The position numbers and the translations under genes are program-made. 64,000 nt of DNA from Vicugna vicugna (taxonomy: Eukaryota): NCBI GenBank assembly GCA_013265495.1, contig MU058844.1, forward strand, positions 12,296,184-12,360,183, written 5' to 3'. Of this stretch, positions 12,420 to 26,181 are shown one piece after another. The notes below the pieces were generated by a model. It searched no databases. It saw only the letters and a program-made list of their open reading frames with translations, and was not told the origin of the DNA. The first letter of the stretch is position 1, and every line of letters begins with the position of its first letter.

Positions 12420-15140
12420 ATGTTTTACTTTTAATAATTGGCTATGATATATAATAATTTTTAGCTAATAATTTTTAGGTAAAATACTATATAATCCAAG
12501 ATTTAAAAATCAAAAGGTACAAGATTCAATAATGATATAAAAATCACAAACTTTAACAGATTGCATAGTATGGCTCCAAGTGCACACACATACACACACC
12601 AAAAACTAGTTGAAATAGGATAAAGAGCTAAAAATACAATTTTTGTGGGAGACTTTAAAATATCTCTCCCTGCCTTTGGCATATTTAAAAAGATATGAAA
12701 TAACATAGAAAATGAATAACACAATTAATTAAATTGAACAAACAGTTATCTGGTTAGCTACATAAAAATCTTTATTTTTATCTTTATTTTCAAGTACCAA
12801 GGAAATATTTATAAAAAATGTTCATATTCTTGTTTTGGTCACAAAATATAGTCTAACTAGTCAAAATATAGTTTAAATGGCAAAAGTCAGAATGCAAAAT
12901 AAGTAGCAAGGCAACAAGAAAAACAAAAAAACAGAAAGCATGAAACATAGCAGGTGTAACTCTATGTAAGTGATTTAAACTTCTGTACCAAACAATATTC
13001 AAGTTTTTCCCCAGTCCATAACCAGCAGGTAACAGATCCTTTTTCCCTTCAATGATAATCTTTTCACTGACTTTTAAAATCTTTTGTGACATAAACTGTG
13101 TTTTAATTAATTTTATTTTTATCTCCTTGAAAGGTATATATCACATTTTAATTCTAACAGTTGTCAACTTAAAGACATACAATGATGCTAACTAAAGAGA
13201 ACAAATATACGCTAACAAAAGACATTCAAAACAGAAAGACATAGAAAGCTTACAAGTGAAAGTATGGGAATAACAAATAAGAAAAACCAAGAACAACAAG
13301 AACAATAAAAACAGAACAAACCAATGGCAAGCAGAATTAAAAAAATAAAGCTAAAAGCGGAAGTTCATGTCTCAGAATACAGCAAAGCTATGGAATAAAA
13401 AAGTAAGTCTAAAAGCTGATTCTTGGCTCAAAGTAATGAAATAAATAAATCTCTGTCAAATATAAATTTTGAAAGGGGAAACAAATCAACAATGAGAAAT
13501 CAAAGGGAGCTAGAAGGCCTCAAAGACCGGGTTGTGGAAAGGCAGAGGGACGAGCAGACCTGATGCTGAAACCGGGGCTGATTTTGGATCCTCTTCTGAT
13601 CTCAAAACCGAGAGGCTAGGATTCAGCAGCCACCAGAGGGACAGGCAGCAAGCACGGCACTGGGGGCCTGGCCAGGAGAGGCTTACAACTGGGAACTCTT
13701 CACAAACCTGGGGAGACTCACAACCTCAAGGAAGCATGGACCCAAAAGACTACTACCAGCAAAAGAAGGTACCTTATCCTGAGCTCCGAGCAGGGGTGCA
13801 ACATGACTGCCAAAGAATTAATCATGACAGACCAGCCTTCATAGGATTTTGGTGTTTGATGTTTATACAACATGTATAGTTTCAGAAAACCCAAATCAGC
13901 AAAACTTAAAGTGGTCCCAGACTGACAAAAAGCTGAGCTACAGAAAAGAGAAGAATACTAATCTGGCACGGAGGGATGCCTCCCTCACACAATTCCCACA
14001 AATAAAGGCCTGGTAACCATGACTTCACAATCCAAACTTACAAAACACACGAGAAAACAAGACTCCCGTGAGCAAGGGTCCACAGGAACTACAACAGCAC
14101 AACACACAGCATTAGACTCAAGAAGTTCAAATATATATCAGAATTATTGGATACAAACTATAAAATAATTATATTCAAATTATCTGGGAAATAAAAGATG
14201 GAACTGAAAACTGAACAAAAGATCATTTTATTGTCTAACATTATGATGGACAAGACACACTGAATGATCCCCTGATTGAAAGAATGAAAATGCTGGATAC
14301 AATATAAAGAAAACATTTTTAGCACATTATTGAACTGATAAAAAAGCAAAGAATCTGCAGGTCCTCAAAACTCATTGAAAACTGAAATCCTAAAAGGAAA
14401 GTGACATCAAAACTGGCTACAGCCCTGAGGATTACTGCTGCTCCTCTGGAGACATTGAGCTTTGACTTCAATTTCTGCATGATATTCTCAGGGAACAGGA
14501 GGTAGAGTCCTAGGACCAAATGAACATTTCTGGAACTAGGTAGTTCCATTTGCACATGGTGCGCAATGAGTTATACGCTCATATGTAAGTATATTTCATG
14601 CTAATTTTTTAAATGAAGAAAACAAAAGAACAAGATATATAAAAGACCCAGCACACAGGAGTCCTCACAGATCTTTGCTTTAATCTGTGTGGGTTACCCA
14701 GCAGATTAAGCAGAGGTGAAATTTAAAAACTAAAATAATGAGTAGACTGGGAGGCATATCTGATTAATCCATCCAGAATGCAGGACCCACATACATTTAA
14801 GAGATAGATTGGGAATTTGAGATTTGCAGAGACAAACTACTATATATAAAATAGATAAACAACAAGTTTATACTGCATAGCACAGGGAACTATATTCAAT
14901 ATCTTGTAGTAACCTATAATGGAAAAGAATATGAAAATGAATATAAGTGTATGACTGAACTATTATACTGTACACCAGAAACTGACACAACATTGTAAAC
15001 TGACTATACTTCAATCAAAAAAAAAAAAAGAGAGAGAGAGAGAGAGAGGATGAAAGTCATGGGGAGGAAAAAGCTGAAAGTATACATCACCGAAATTTCA
15101 GAAGGAGAAAGTAAAGAGAATTGGAAAGAAGCAATATTTA
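12420..15140 (+). mobile_element. Cluster of ancient L1 (L1M/L1ME-type) fragments: ORF2 endonuclease, 5' UTR and ORF1 pieces
   Basis: A-rich plus strand with motifs such as TTTTGTGGGAGACTTTAA (12640), CAAAACAGAAAGACATAGAAAG (13227) and CAGAAGGAGAAAGTAAAGAGAATTGG (15098). Heavily diverged. Confidence 0.5.
14804..15029 (+). mobile_element. 5'-truncated lineage-specific L1 3' end with poly(A), followed by (AG)n
   Basis: Typical L1 3' UTR motif ...GCATAGCACAGGGAACTATATTCAATATCTTGTAGTAACC...TGTAAACTGACTATACTTCAAT plus A-run. Confidence 0.9.
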
Positions 15141-15423
15141 ATTGTGAAGGACAGTGTTCCATAATTGATGAGGATTCTTGTTTCTCTTCCTCATATTCAG
15201 AAAGTACCACAAATTATAAAATAAATAATCTCCATTTCTACTGAGGTTTAATATAGGTGAGTCAGTGCAGCAATATCCAGCATTCCTAATTTCTATCATA
15301 AATGTTTTTCTCAAGGTAGCCTGGTAAGTATTCGTAACATATGCCAGCACACACATGCCTTCTGCAACACTTGTGATGTGCTTTTTCCACTGCAGAAATC
15401 AAGTCAATGTACTTTCTTTTAGT

Positions 15424-15472
15424 TGATGAATAATAATATAAATCTATGAATGATGAATAATAATATAAATCT
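15424..15472. repeat. Local duplication of TGATGAATAATAATATAAATCT (22 bp, 27-bp period)
   Basis: Copies at 15424-15445 and 15451-15472. Confidence 0.9.
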
Positions 15473-16557
15473 GCATTAGATTCTGTTAAGCAAGCAAGAT
15501 AATTTAGGGAGAAAATGATGTTGAACAAACATCTTTTTCTTGGTTCCAAATTCTGCCTTGTGTGGGAAAGTCTCATGGCCACTGGATCTGTCTTAGAAAC
15601 CTTTCCAGAAGTGAAAGTGCATAATTTATTCATTTCTGAGAGAGAAAGAAATACACTTCCACAGTGTTTAGACATAGAATATCTCTGTTCAGCCAAAAAT
15701 TAGATACAAATGGAACAGAAATATTTGAATGGGGACTATTTTGGTGAATGTGGGACATGTGGTCACTATAAATACACTCAGGCTGAAGAATCACTTGGTA
15801 CCTATATTTTTATGCATTAAGTTAAAGTATAGGCCTGTTCCATGTTCTCTTTCCATTTAATATATGTAAAATGAAACCCAGGACATTTGCTGAAGTAATT
15901 TATCCACCTACCTAGTCTTAGATTTATTTTTTAAAAATACATAAAACCAACTTGTTTTCCCTATACTTCCTTTCCTATACTTTCCCCAGATTTGCTGCAA
16001 TGCAGGACCAAGCTCATTCCTTGCCAAGACTTTGGGTATTGGTTTATGCTAAAATTCTTTTTTCATGACTTGAGTAAAACAATAATTAAAAGTCATTTAA
16101 AATAAGGCAACACGTTGAAGTCTTTCCCTAATCGTATTTTTACCGATTATAACACTTAGGAAGTGCCATTATACCAGGAAAACAACACCCTGCTAACCTC
16201 TTTGAAGCATTTTGCTGTATTTCTAAGATGTTCAACTTTCCCTTTCTGTTATTGGGTGTGCCATGAATGATTCTCTTCACATTAGATCATCATGCTTGGG
16301 GATTAAGGATAAGGATGTTGGACTAAAATAATCTTGGATCTCTTAAATTTACAAATATAAGTTGATGTGTAAATTCAGGGTAAGTAATATACATGAAAAT
16401 AATTCACAGTGATGCCAAACTTCCCCGTAGCCTGCTTATACAATCTCAATAGATAATCTTTTCAATCTCATACAGTCAGTCCAAACGCTGAGGACTGAAA
16501 TTGTCAAGAAATGCATTAATATTTCAGGTCTTAATAATAATAATATGAAAAAACCTT

Positions 16558-16875
16558 GGCTGGTGGCTACCTTAACATTTAACCACTAAATGTGGTTAGT
16601 GGGAATTAAGATGTGCTATAAGTATAAAATCCACCCTAGACTTTTAAGAATTAATACCCCCCCAAAAATGTGAAATATGCCATTAAAAGGCTTTATATTG
16701 ATTACATTTTGAAATGATAAATACTTTGGACACACTGGATTAAATAAAATATATTTATCATAATTAATTTCACTTGCTTCTTTTTAATGCAGTTAAATTT
16801 TTAAATACTAGAAAACTTAAAAATGATATATGTAATTCATAGCTTTGGCTTTATGTTTCTTTTGGAGGGTGCTAT
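16558..16875 (-). mobile_element. MER33 (hAT-Charlie) non-autonomous DNA transposon
   Basis: Reverse complement matches recalled MER33 motifs (ATTAAGATGTGCTATAAGTATAAAAT...TATATTGATTACATTTTGAAATGATAA...TAATTAATTTCAC). Confidence 0.8.
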
Positions 16876-18646
16876 AGTGGGTTTTCAAAGACAAAGTTCT
16901 TAGTCATTTGTGACTATTCTTTTTGACTAAAGATTCTATCAAAAGGATCAGTCATTTAGGTTAAAGCCCCAAAACGCCGATTAAAACTTTTAAGTATTAG
17001 GCTAATAGAGTTAGCATATGGATTAATATTGGCTTTATCTGGTAAATTAGTTTTTCAAAGACATGCATAATTGTGGCAATACAATTTCCAGTGACTTTAA
17101 TGACATCTTGAAACTTTAAAAACCAATTTTCTTCTGTATACAATTTATCTGGGTTTTTTTTTTTTTTTGCTTTCAATATATACATTATATGAGGTAGGTA
17201 CTTTTTTGTAGAAAATAAATAATTTAATATTTACTTAATATTTCAATATCCGTACTATACCCTTTATCCACTATCTTTCAGGAATTCTCACTAAGTTTTG
17301 GTAACACTGAAAAAATTATTCTATTTATAGTTATTAGTGTTATTGTTCAGTGCTGTATTCAGACTCCAATTTGGTTTATAAAGGAATATACTAAAAGTAC
17401 TGGGGAGTAGAATAAAATCAATTTGACTGTTTCTAAGTCATAATAAATTATCTAACTCTTCTGCGCCTGATTATTTGCAATCAATTGTGCTTTTATAGAC
17501 ATAATAATTTTTCTTCATTTCAAATTCAGTAATGTCTTATTTTTATATTTTCTTTATTTTATAATATGTACTTATATTTTACTCTTTTAAGTTTCCTGAA
17601 AGAGGCTATATTTCATTTATAATTAAGAAAAAAATTTAAAGTAATAAAGGTATATGAGAGCTCAGAGGAAGGAGAGATTGGAGTGGACATTTACAGTTTG
17701 TCACTGACTGCTACTTTTCCCCCTGCTTTTGGGTCCAGTCCTGCTTTTCCTTCAGGAACTCTCCTCCCCAACTCTAAATCTAATGGTTTGGGTGGAGCCG
17801 ACTGCCATCTTCAGTGTTTATTACATCACATCCACTTGGCCACAGGGATGGCCACTAATCAGAGCCAACACAAAGCCAGTCTTAAGACTTTTACTGGGGC
17901 AACCAATAAAGACATGCTGATTTTTGCTGAGGAAATAGGATATACATCTGGAGCTGTTAGAAGTCATCCTGCATGATAAGGGGAGAGCCCTTCTGAAAAT
18001 GGAATCAGTAGAGAGGAAAGAAGAACTAAGTGATAGAAAGAGACTTAACATTTGAGCTCTTGTATTCTATTGTGTCTGAAAACAGTCCAACTATGGAAAG
18101 CTGAGATACGTGTGTCAAAAAATTACCCTGAATTCCTTAAAACGGTTTAAGTTGTGTTTTCTGTCATAGGGCTGATCTTCAGCTAAAACACACCTATATG
18201 GCTGTGTCATTGTTTGTGGGGCATCCTGGTGAACTAGCGCCCATTCCAGCAACCATTTTGATTAGTTGCTGCCCACATCATTCTGATTGCTAAATATGTA
18301 AAATATTGCCATTGCTTTTAATTGAAAGAATTTAAACAATAATGTAAAATTTGAAAATATGAATATAACAAGAATAAGGCAAGGGTAAAATTTCAGTTGA
18401 TAAAAAGATAATGTGGAAGGGCAAGAACCAAATCTAGTCACAAAGATATAATTCAACAAACAGGTGCTTTTGCCATCAAGTTATAAAAAGATATCAGCCA
18501 GTCTTTTCTGTCTCAGCAGGTCATTTGCCCTCTTGGAGAAATTTTCCTCTTTTATTAAATGGGCATTAAAAATAACTGCTCTGCCTATCTTATAACACCA
18601 TGAGTATCAAGTAGGACACTACCTATAAAAATTCTATCTGTGTACT

Positions 18647-18765
18647 GGGGAGGCTATAGCTTAGTGGCAAAGTGCCTGCTTAGCATACACAAGGTCCTGG
18701 GTTCAATCCCCAGTAACTCCATTAATAAACAAATAAACCTAATTACCTCCCCTCCTAAAGAAAAA
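18647..18765 (+). mobile_element. tRNA-derived camelid SINE (Vic-1-like)
   Basis: GGGGAGGCTATAGCTTAGTGG (A box), GGTTCAATCC (B box), AATAAACCTAATTACCTCCCC tail. 18-bp TSD with 2 mismatches at 18627-18644 and 18761-18778. Confidence 0.9.
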
Positions 18766-19217
18766 TACTTTCTGTGTAAACCATTCTATGTGAGCAAATA
18801 ATAATAATAAAATCAAGTGAATGCTTCACAGATGTCAAGTATTATCATTCCATTTGATCCTTATTCCCTGTGTTGAAAGTAGTGTCAACTCAGTCTCTAT
18901 GACACAAAAAAAAGGTACTTCATCATTATAGATAAGAGTATTTCATGCTTATTATCCTTAAAATTATTTCTACTGTATTTTCCTTTGTGCATTTCTTACT
19001 CTCCTGTCACTGCTCTCTGTAACACCAATCATAAACGTATAAATTTACTTCTACCACTATCCCTTTTTTAAAAACATTCAAATGTTCGGAGCCACATTAT
19101 ATTTTAATATTATTTGTTACCTTAAACAAGGAGATTTCCTTTTTTATGCTTTAATTTTTATAATTACCAGGTTACTCTTCTAGCAAAAGGAATACTTGTA
19201 TTTCTCTTATTTAAGAT

Positions 19218-19241
19218 TATATATATATATATATATATATA
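19218..19241. repeat. (TA)n microsatellite
   Basis: Read directly from the sequence. Confidence 0.95.
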
Positions 19242-20914
19242 CATACAATAGGTATATCAAATTTTCTATGGAAATGAGTCACATCATACATATACAAAGG
19301 TTTGTGATCTCAATAGCCAGAAATAATGTCTAACAACGTTGAAATTTTTAACTAAAGGGATATTTCGTGGGGTATCTATTTTACAAAAAGTTTTTCACAC
19401 TTGAAACATCCTTCCTTATTATTAAGTGTTACTACAAAGGAGTCCCTAAATCCTATCTTAATGTAGCACTGATCATCATCATTATTTATACTTTATGATC
19501 CCAGAGCATATTCCATTTTAGAAAATGCACTAGGTTTCATACCAAAGGGTCAGCCATATTAGGCTTTAAAATTTCGTCCACCAGAGCTCAACAGGTGACA
19601 TAAAAATATGAAGGGGGCCAAATATAAGACAAGAGGCATTAAGGTCTGCATTTTGACCAGTCATTACATTTAACCAATTACAATGCCTCTTTACACTTCA
19701 GGAGGGACCAGAAAACAAACGAAACAAAGCGGGTCTCCAAGCAGTTTTGTGTTCAAAAATTGCCATTTTGAGACTCCGATAATCCTTCTTAACTGGGTCC
19801 TTACCCCATAAAAATTGTATGAGCATAAAGAGACCAGTAATTCCCTTATCTACCTTACCCAGGAAGCAAATTATTATTACCTTTGCTTCACTTGGCAATA
19901 AAATGAGATCAGATCTGAGTATCAGTAACTTTATGTGGTGCTTCCTTTCAAATAAGAAGCATAAGTATAGTGTCAGTAAAATTTGCTGATAGAGAAGGTT
20001 CTGGTGAAACAATTCTACAATTCTGCAAGTTTAGATTTTTCAATCATATTTGAATGTTATGTGGCCACCATGCCCTTCAAATGTAATGTTTTATTATTTT
20101 TAATCCAACTTACATTTGTCTATTTGGATTTTATTGGAAAGAATTCTACTATTGCAGCAAAATGTAGTTATGCTTTAATCCAGAAACCATTAATGACAAT
20201 TTTAGTAGGCTCCTAGGGACAGCCAGGGTAAGCTGATACTTTTCTTATTCTATGTTTATTTGATTCATTTTCCTGAACAATCCAGTCAAATAAGTGACTT
20301 GTCAATTCTACTTCAGATTGACTACATCTCTCAGGAAGTCATCATTTGGTAACAACTGCTGGCCAACCGTGTGAAATGCTCTCGCATAGACTGCAGTTTG
20401 TTTAATGAAAGCTTCCTTAGGCAAATTGATCTTGAACTCTTTTCAACTTTTGAAGCATCATCAACATTATCCTTTAAAAGTGACTAGGTCAGATACATAA
20501 TCTATTTAGAATATAGGCATAAAAAGACTATATAAGGAAGAACTTGGATTAGCCACCAATTGTCTGTTTAATCTTTCTAAGCTTCAGTTTCCTCATTGTT
20601 TAGTTAGGGAGAATAATACTGCATCTCTCACAGTATGAGAACTAAATGCAGGCATTCAATGGAACTGCAGCTATGCAAGTGGTACTGACGGGAATTAGCG
20701 GTCCAATAGGGATTCTGGTATTCCTAACTCTTCATTCCATTTCTTAAAGTATTCTCAGGAAATGGCAATTTTTTAAAGAATCTAGAATATGGTGAAAGTA
20801 AATTTACCAACCAATCAATTAATAAATATAGATACAGGTATTAAAAATTAAAATCAAAATTTTATTTCCACATATAAGTATATAATATCCCATTCCATAT
20901 ATATAGTTCATATA

Positions 20915-21390
20915 TCCCATATACATAATGGAATATTATGCAGCCAGAAAAAGAATAAAATTTTGCTATTTGTGATGACATGGATAGACCTGGAGGGTAT
21001 TATGCTAAGTGAAATAAGTCAGACAGGGAAAGACAAATACCATATGATTTCACTTATATGTGAAATCTGAAAAACAAACGAACAACATGACAAAACAGAA
21101 ACAGATTTATAGATACAGAAAACAAACTGGTGATTGCCAGAAGGGAGGAGAATGAAACAGGTGAGGAAGTGTAAGAGGTACAAACTTCCAGTTATAAAAT
21201 AAATATGTCTCGGGGATGTAATGTGCAGCATGGGAAATACAGTTAGTAATCTTGTAATAACTTTACATGGGGTCTAATGGTAACTAGATTTATCATGGTT
21301 ATCATTTTGCAATGTAGAAAAATGCCAAATCACTATGTTATACACCTGAATCTAGTAAAATGTTGTAAGTCAATTACACTTCAATAAAAA
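20915..21390 (+). mobile_element. L1 3' end (older laurasiatherian subfamily)
   Basis: ACATGGATAGACCTGGAGGGTATTATGCTAAGTGAAATAAGTCAGACAG...GTCAATTACACTTCAATAAAAAA matches the L1 ORF2 end and 3' UTR. Confidence 0.9.
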
Positions 21391-22564
21391 AGTTAGTCGC
21401 ACTTTGACATCCCTACAAATACTATCCTTAAATGTAGTCTAGAAGTTAGAATTGCTCTGTCATTCGCAGTGTAGATTCGGCAACTCATATAGTTTATTTG
21501 TGCCTCAGTTTCCTCACGTGTCAGTTGACAGAGCTTAATAAGATGGTCCCTTTCACCTCTAAAATGAACACAATTCTATCATACTGTTGATGAGTGACAT
21601 TAACTAGGGATGGATGACACTACTAAATCATCACAGTATTTGATTTCAACTGAGCCTTCAAAGGTTATCTGAAAATTCTTTACAGTAATTTGCCCAAAGC
21701 CTCACCAGTATCCTCAAGTCCTCATCTCATCCTGCCATCCACACTGGGGAGATATGGACCCAAACTAATGAATTCTTCAAGTAGACCCTGACCAGCTACT
21801 AGCAAGTGGCTTGTAAGGCACAAGCGTAATGAGGATACCTCTCAGGATAGTTTTGGTGCTATCTGTTTAATGCTGAAGAGCCACCACATGGACACTGATG
21901 ATGAAAATCACCATTTGGAGTGCAATGCTTTTTCCACATTTTGATTCATCTGTCATTTTTCTCCTACGCATCTGTTTGAAGACCAAGTGTTAGAAATATA
22001 CATAAATGTCACCAGAAAAAAGAAGTTGATAGCGTATCCATTATGTTAATTAAATTCTACCTCCTTATTTTTGTTCTAAGAAATTGCTAAATAATCTAAG
22101 TGCTAAAATTAAATGGTTGGTCCTGAGAATAGGGCCATTTCACAGTAACAGTGGAATAGAAAGAATACGTTAAAATTAGAATAAGCTTAAGAAAGAAATA
22201 TACACTCTGACCAAGGTGGGAAAATTAGCTGAAATATCTGCCAAGGGAAAGTGGAAAGTTCTAAGATACCAGATGTCTCTGTGGGTTCCAAATTTGGAAT
22301 TCTTTGTCGCCTTTTAAATCTTCCTTCAGAAGAATCAAGGCTTACAATGCATGTGGTTTGGCATATGGGCTGTTATTTTGCATTTCTAGACTCTGAGTCT
22401 GCCTTTCAATCAGTATCTGAGCTATTTTGTTAAGTTCTATGATATCCTAGGGTATCTGACTCTCAAGAATATGAAGTAAAGAAATAATGACTTGTTCTTT
22501 CCTCCCTTCATTTCATTATAAAGATCTGCAGACAAGATTTAGGGCCCAAGGAAGTATACGCCTA

Positions 22565-23027
22565 TATTTTTTTATTATTATTAAAGTATAGTCAGTTTAC
22601 AATGTTATGTCAATTTCTAGAGTACAGGATAATGCTTCAGTCATACATATACATACATATACTGGTTTTCATATTCTTTTTCACCATAGGTTACTACAAG
22701 ACACTGAATATAGTTCCCTATGCTATACAAAAGAAACTTGTTGTTTATTTATTTTATGTATAGTAGTTAGTATCTGCAGATCTCTAACTCACAGTTTATC
22801 CCTTCCCACCCCCTTCCCCCCCAGTAACCATAAGTTTGTTTTCTATGTTTGTGATTCCGTTTATGTTTTGTAAATAAGTTTATTTTTGTCTTTTTTTTTT
22901 TTTTTAAGATTCCACATATGAGTGATATTATATGGTATTTTTCTTTCTCTTTCTGGTTTACTTCACTTAGAATGACAATCTCCAGGTCCACCTGTGTTGC
23001 TGCAAATGGCATCATTTTATTATTTTT
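22565..23027 (-). mobile_element. 5'-truncated lineage-specific L1 3' end
   Basis: Reverse complement of an L1 3' UTR (TTAAAGTATAGTCAGTTTACAATG...GTTGCTGCAAATGGCATCATTTT). Confidence 0.92.
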
Positions 23028-23240
23028 TACCTTTCTTTTCTTTTTGGAAGTCCTTTTGAACATTTTTTTTTGCGGAGGAAAGTGCCTTAATTTTTTGAAT
23101 ATTAAATTATCATAGAAGGCAATCTGGCATCTTCACCTCTAGTAATAGTTCACTCTTCAACACCAGTCCCTCCCTGAACCTCCCCACTGAGAACCAACCC
23201 TGACACCTGTGCTTGATTTCATGTGATCAAGACAGTAGGA

Positions 23241-23520
23241 AAACATAACAGGTTTATACTGTATAGCACAGGGAACTATATTCAATATCTAGTAGCAACT
23301 TATGGTGAAAAAGAATATGAAAACAAATATATGTATGTTCATGTATGACTAAAACATTACACTGTACATCAGAAATTGATATAACATTATAAACTGACTA
23401 TACTTCAATGAAAAAATATACATACAAAAAAGAAAAGAGGAAAAGTATCAGCATTCCTTCCTATGCCTTAAATGCTGCTTCTTTAAATAAAAGAAGACAA
23501 CTCAAAAAAAAAAAAAAAAA
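23241..23520 (+). mobile_element. 5'-truncated L1 3' end plus about 70-bp 3' transduction with a second poly(A)
   Basis: L1 3' UTR at about 23241-23430, then non-L1 sequence, AATAAA at 23486-23491 and A17 at 23504-23520. TSD AAGACAGT(A/G)GGA at 23229-23240 and 23519-23530. Confidence 0.8.
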
Positions 23521-24429
23521 GACAGTGGGACAATGTAGTAATATGAAAATTAATTATTCATTTAGCAATGATAGTTAAATTAAAAATGAATAAATGATAG
23601 AAGAAAGAACAATTAAAATCCAAATGGGAAAGACCTCTAATATAAAAAAGGTAAAAGAAACACCCATTTCAAAACTAAGACATCAATTTTCATTTATATC
23701 TCATTTTTCTTCATCTTGGGTTGCAGGAATATTCAGCATTGTTCACTAAATGGAATATATTATGTTGGTGGCAAATTACTGATTTGTAAACATCCCATAG
23801 CTTCCTTGAACATAAATAACTTATTTGCATTTTCAACTGTTTACAAATCAATTGCTAAAATAAAATAAAGTCTAAATGGATAGAATCATACCTTCCAACT
23901 TATCAATACTATATGAATTATGTGAAAAATCTAAAAAATATCCCTTTCTTTTATCCATAAGAAAGCTGTTACACAAAATTGAGGTTAGAACTATTTTTTA
24001 TCAACATGCTAAAATACTATTTTTAAAATAGTGACAAACCTCTTTGGAAAATGACTTCTATAATGAAAAATCAATTCTGGCAGGATCATTATACATACAA
24101 GTTAAACATTCATGGGAAAATGGGAAAGGTGGAGCTGCCTGCAGAGTGTTTAAAAGTAGAAACAGAAGAACATAAATGTCCTACATCATAAACTATACCC
24201 CGGCAGAGGCTTACGGGTCCTGAAATTAGAGAAGATAACTAAAAGTTACCAGATGAACAGACTTTCCTTCCCTTTTATTTTGTACCCAAATAGAAGCAGC
24301 CACAGGGAAGGAAAATGTTTTTTTTTTTTTAAAGATAAAAGTGTATTTTGAAGCTGGAGCCTCTTAGGTTTAAAAAAGTGAGCTAAGAAAGCATGTAAAA
24401 GTAAAGTTGTGAATTACAGTGAGTTAAAA

Positions 24430-24990
24430 CCGCCTTTCTCTCTGAATCAGTAATGAGGAGGTTTTCTGACTGGAAGGCTAGAACCCAGGAGAACAGCCAG
24501 AAGACTCCTACTGCTGAGTCCTGTGAGACGGAGGGAAATGTCATGGAAGTCGCAGCTTGGGAAACTGGCAAAACTTAATTATTCAACAGCCCTTCCCCTT
24601 TCCTCCTTGCCAAAGGAATCAATCATCATGTTGGGGTAGGTATGTGCTCAACGCCAGGAGATGACTCTGGTTTGTCTAATACAGTTATAGCAATCCTAGT
24701 ATCCTTTGCTAGTTAACCATTTGGCCAATATTCTGTGCAGCTGTGGGGAGGAGGGAAGGAATGAGGGACCACGTGATCCAGTTCTTGCCCTGGAGTCACA
24801 AAGGAAAGCCTAATAAAGAGCCTCCAGAGAGACCCGGCTTCCTGACACAAGGAAAGTTCTTCACCTCCAGCCCATTCTACGAACCAAAGATGATGTCACA
24901 AGGTCATAATGCTTCCTTATTCGCCATCTTGTAGCTTAAGGACCAGAACACCAACAAGCAGAGGATGGCAGAGAAGAAAGATAGAAAACG
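24430..24990. promoter_or_regulatory. Candidate promoter/enhancer motif cluster
   Basis: CCAAT (about 24725), CACGTG 24770-24775, TGATGTCA 24891-24898 and YY1-type CGCCATCTT 24922-24930, with retained CpGs. Confidence 0.3.
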
Positions 24991-26049
24991 CCTTGTTTCT
25001 TGATATGAACGTTAGGCTTCTTTACCAAATCTAGAACCACCGACTCCTAGACTTCTCACTGTTGGAAAATTAAAGGCCTTTTTTTTTTTTTTTTTGCGTC
25101 TCTGTTAGTTGAGAATAATGTAACTTGTATCTGAATGATGCTAACTGATAGAAAAGTTTAGACTGTGAAAGTAAGACTCCACGATTCTATGGCTGGGGAG
25201 TCACTGCCCACTTTGCAATGGCCACCATGGAGAAGAGAGTGGGGATCAAGGGCTTAAGTTCTGCTGATAAACAAAGGAGAGGGAAGCTGTGTTCGGGGTG
25301 CATCTCTGTGCTGTTTCTACCTCTGATTATGAAGTTTTCTGCTATCAAGTGTGAGAGGATACATGCTATTCATTAATAGAAGCAGCACCAGAGATAGAAA
25401 AATCGCTGTAAAATAGTCAACAACACTTCAATCAGTTCTGAGTCGTGCCTGTGACATTTTGTTTCATTTGGCATTTCTATCAGTGAGCTTATTAGAAACA
25501 GAAATTTGTTTTTAAGAGACATCAGGGAATTCAGAAATGCTTAGAGGTTTTCTAAATGATGATTCATATAAATTGAGTATCACATATGTTTTATGGTCTC
25601 ATTTAACTATGTGTGTACACACACATAAGCACGCAGAGACACACAAAGAGAGATCGTATTTAAAGACAGGAGTTACATTTTTAATTCCCCCTTAGGTTCT
25701 AAATTCCTCAAAGGCAGTGAGTGTCCACAGTTTAATGCACTTACTGAGGAACCAATATTCATTAATCAAAAGAAAACTTCTAAAATCTGATATTCATTTT
25801 ATACTGCAGACACATTGTATTATCCAGGTCTTTATGTAACTTCTTATGTTCATACTCAGTATAATGTTTCGTGTTTCCTTAAATATCTGAGGAAGCCAAA
25901 AGAAGGATGATGCTAATAAAAATGTAAATATAAATAAAACAAAAATGTACTTCTTTGTATAACTTGAAGCTTTGTTTTGTTATCAGTCTTCCATTCCTTA
26001 CTTTGATGTGATTTTCTTTAAGCATTTTATATATTTATTATTGCATTAT

Positions 26050-26181
26050 TTAATTTTTATTTTGGCAGGGGGAGGGAGGAGGTAATTAGGTTTATTTATT
26101 TTTAGAGGAGATACTGGGGATTAAACCCAGGACCTCAGGCATGCTAAGCTTGTGCTCTACCACTTGAGCTATACCTTCCCC
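26050..26181 (-). mobile_element. tRNA-derived camelid SINE (Vic-1-like)
   Basis: Reverse complement shows GGGGAAGGTATAGCTCAAGTGG, GGTTTAATCC and AATAAACCTAATTACCTCC. Confidence 0.9.

Noticed and set aside
17683-18051. Overlapping ORFs with strong acceptors on both strands (17755/17756 plus, about 17993 minus)
   Set aside because: No recognisable peptide in any frame and no matching donor; it cannot be supported as CDS.
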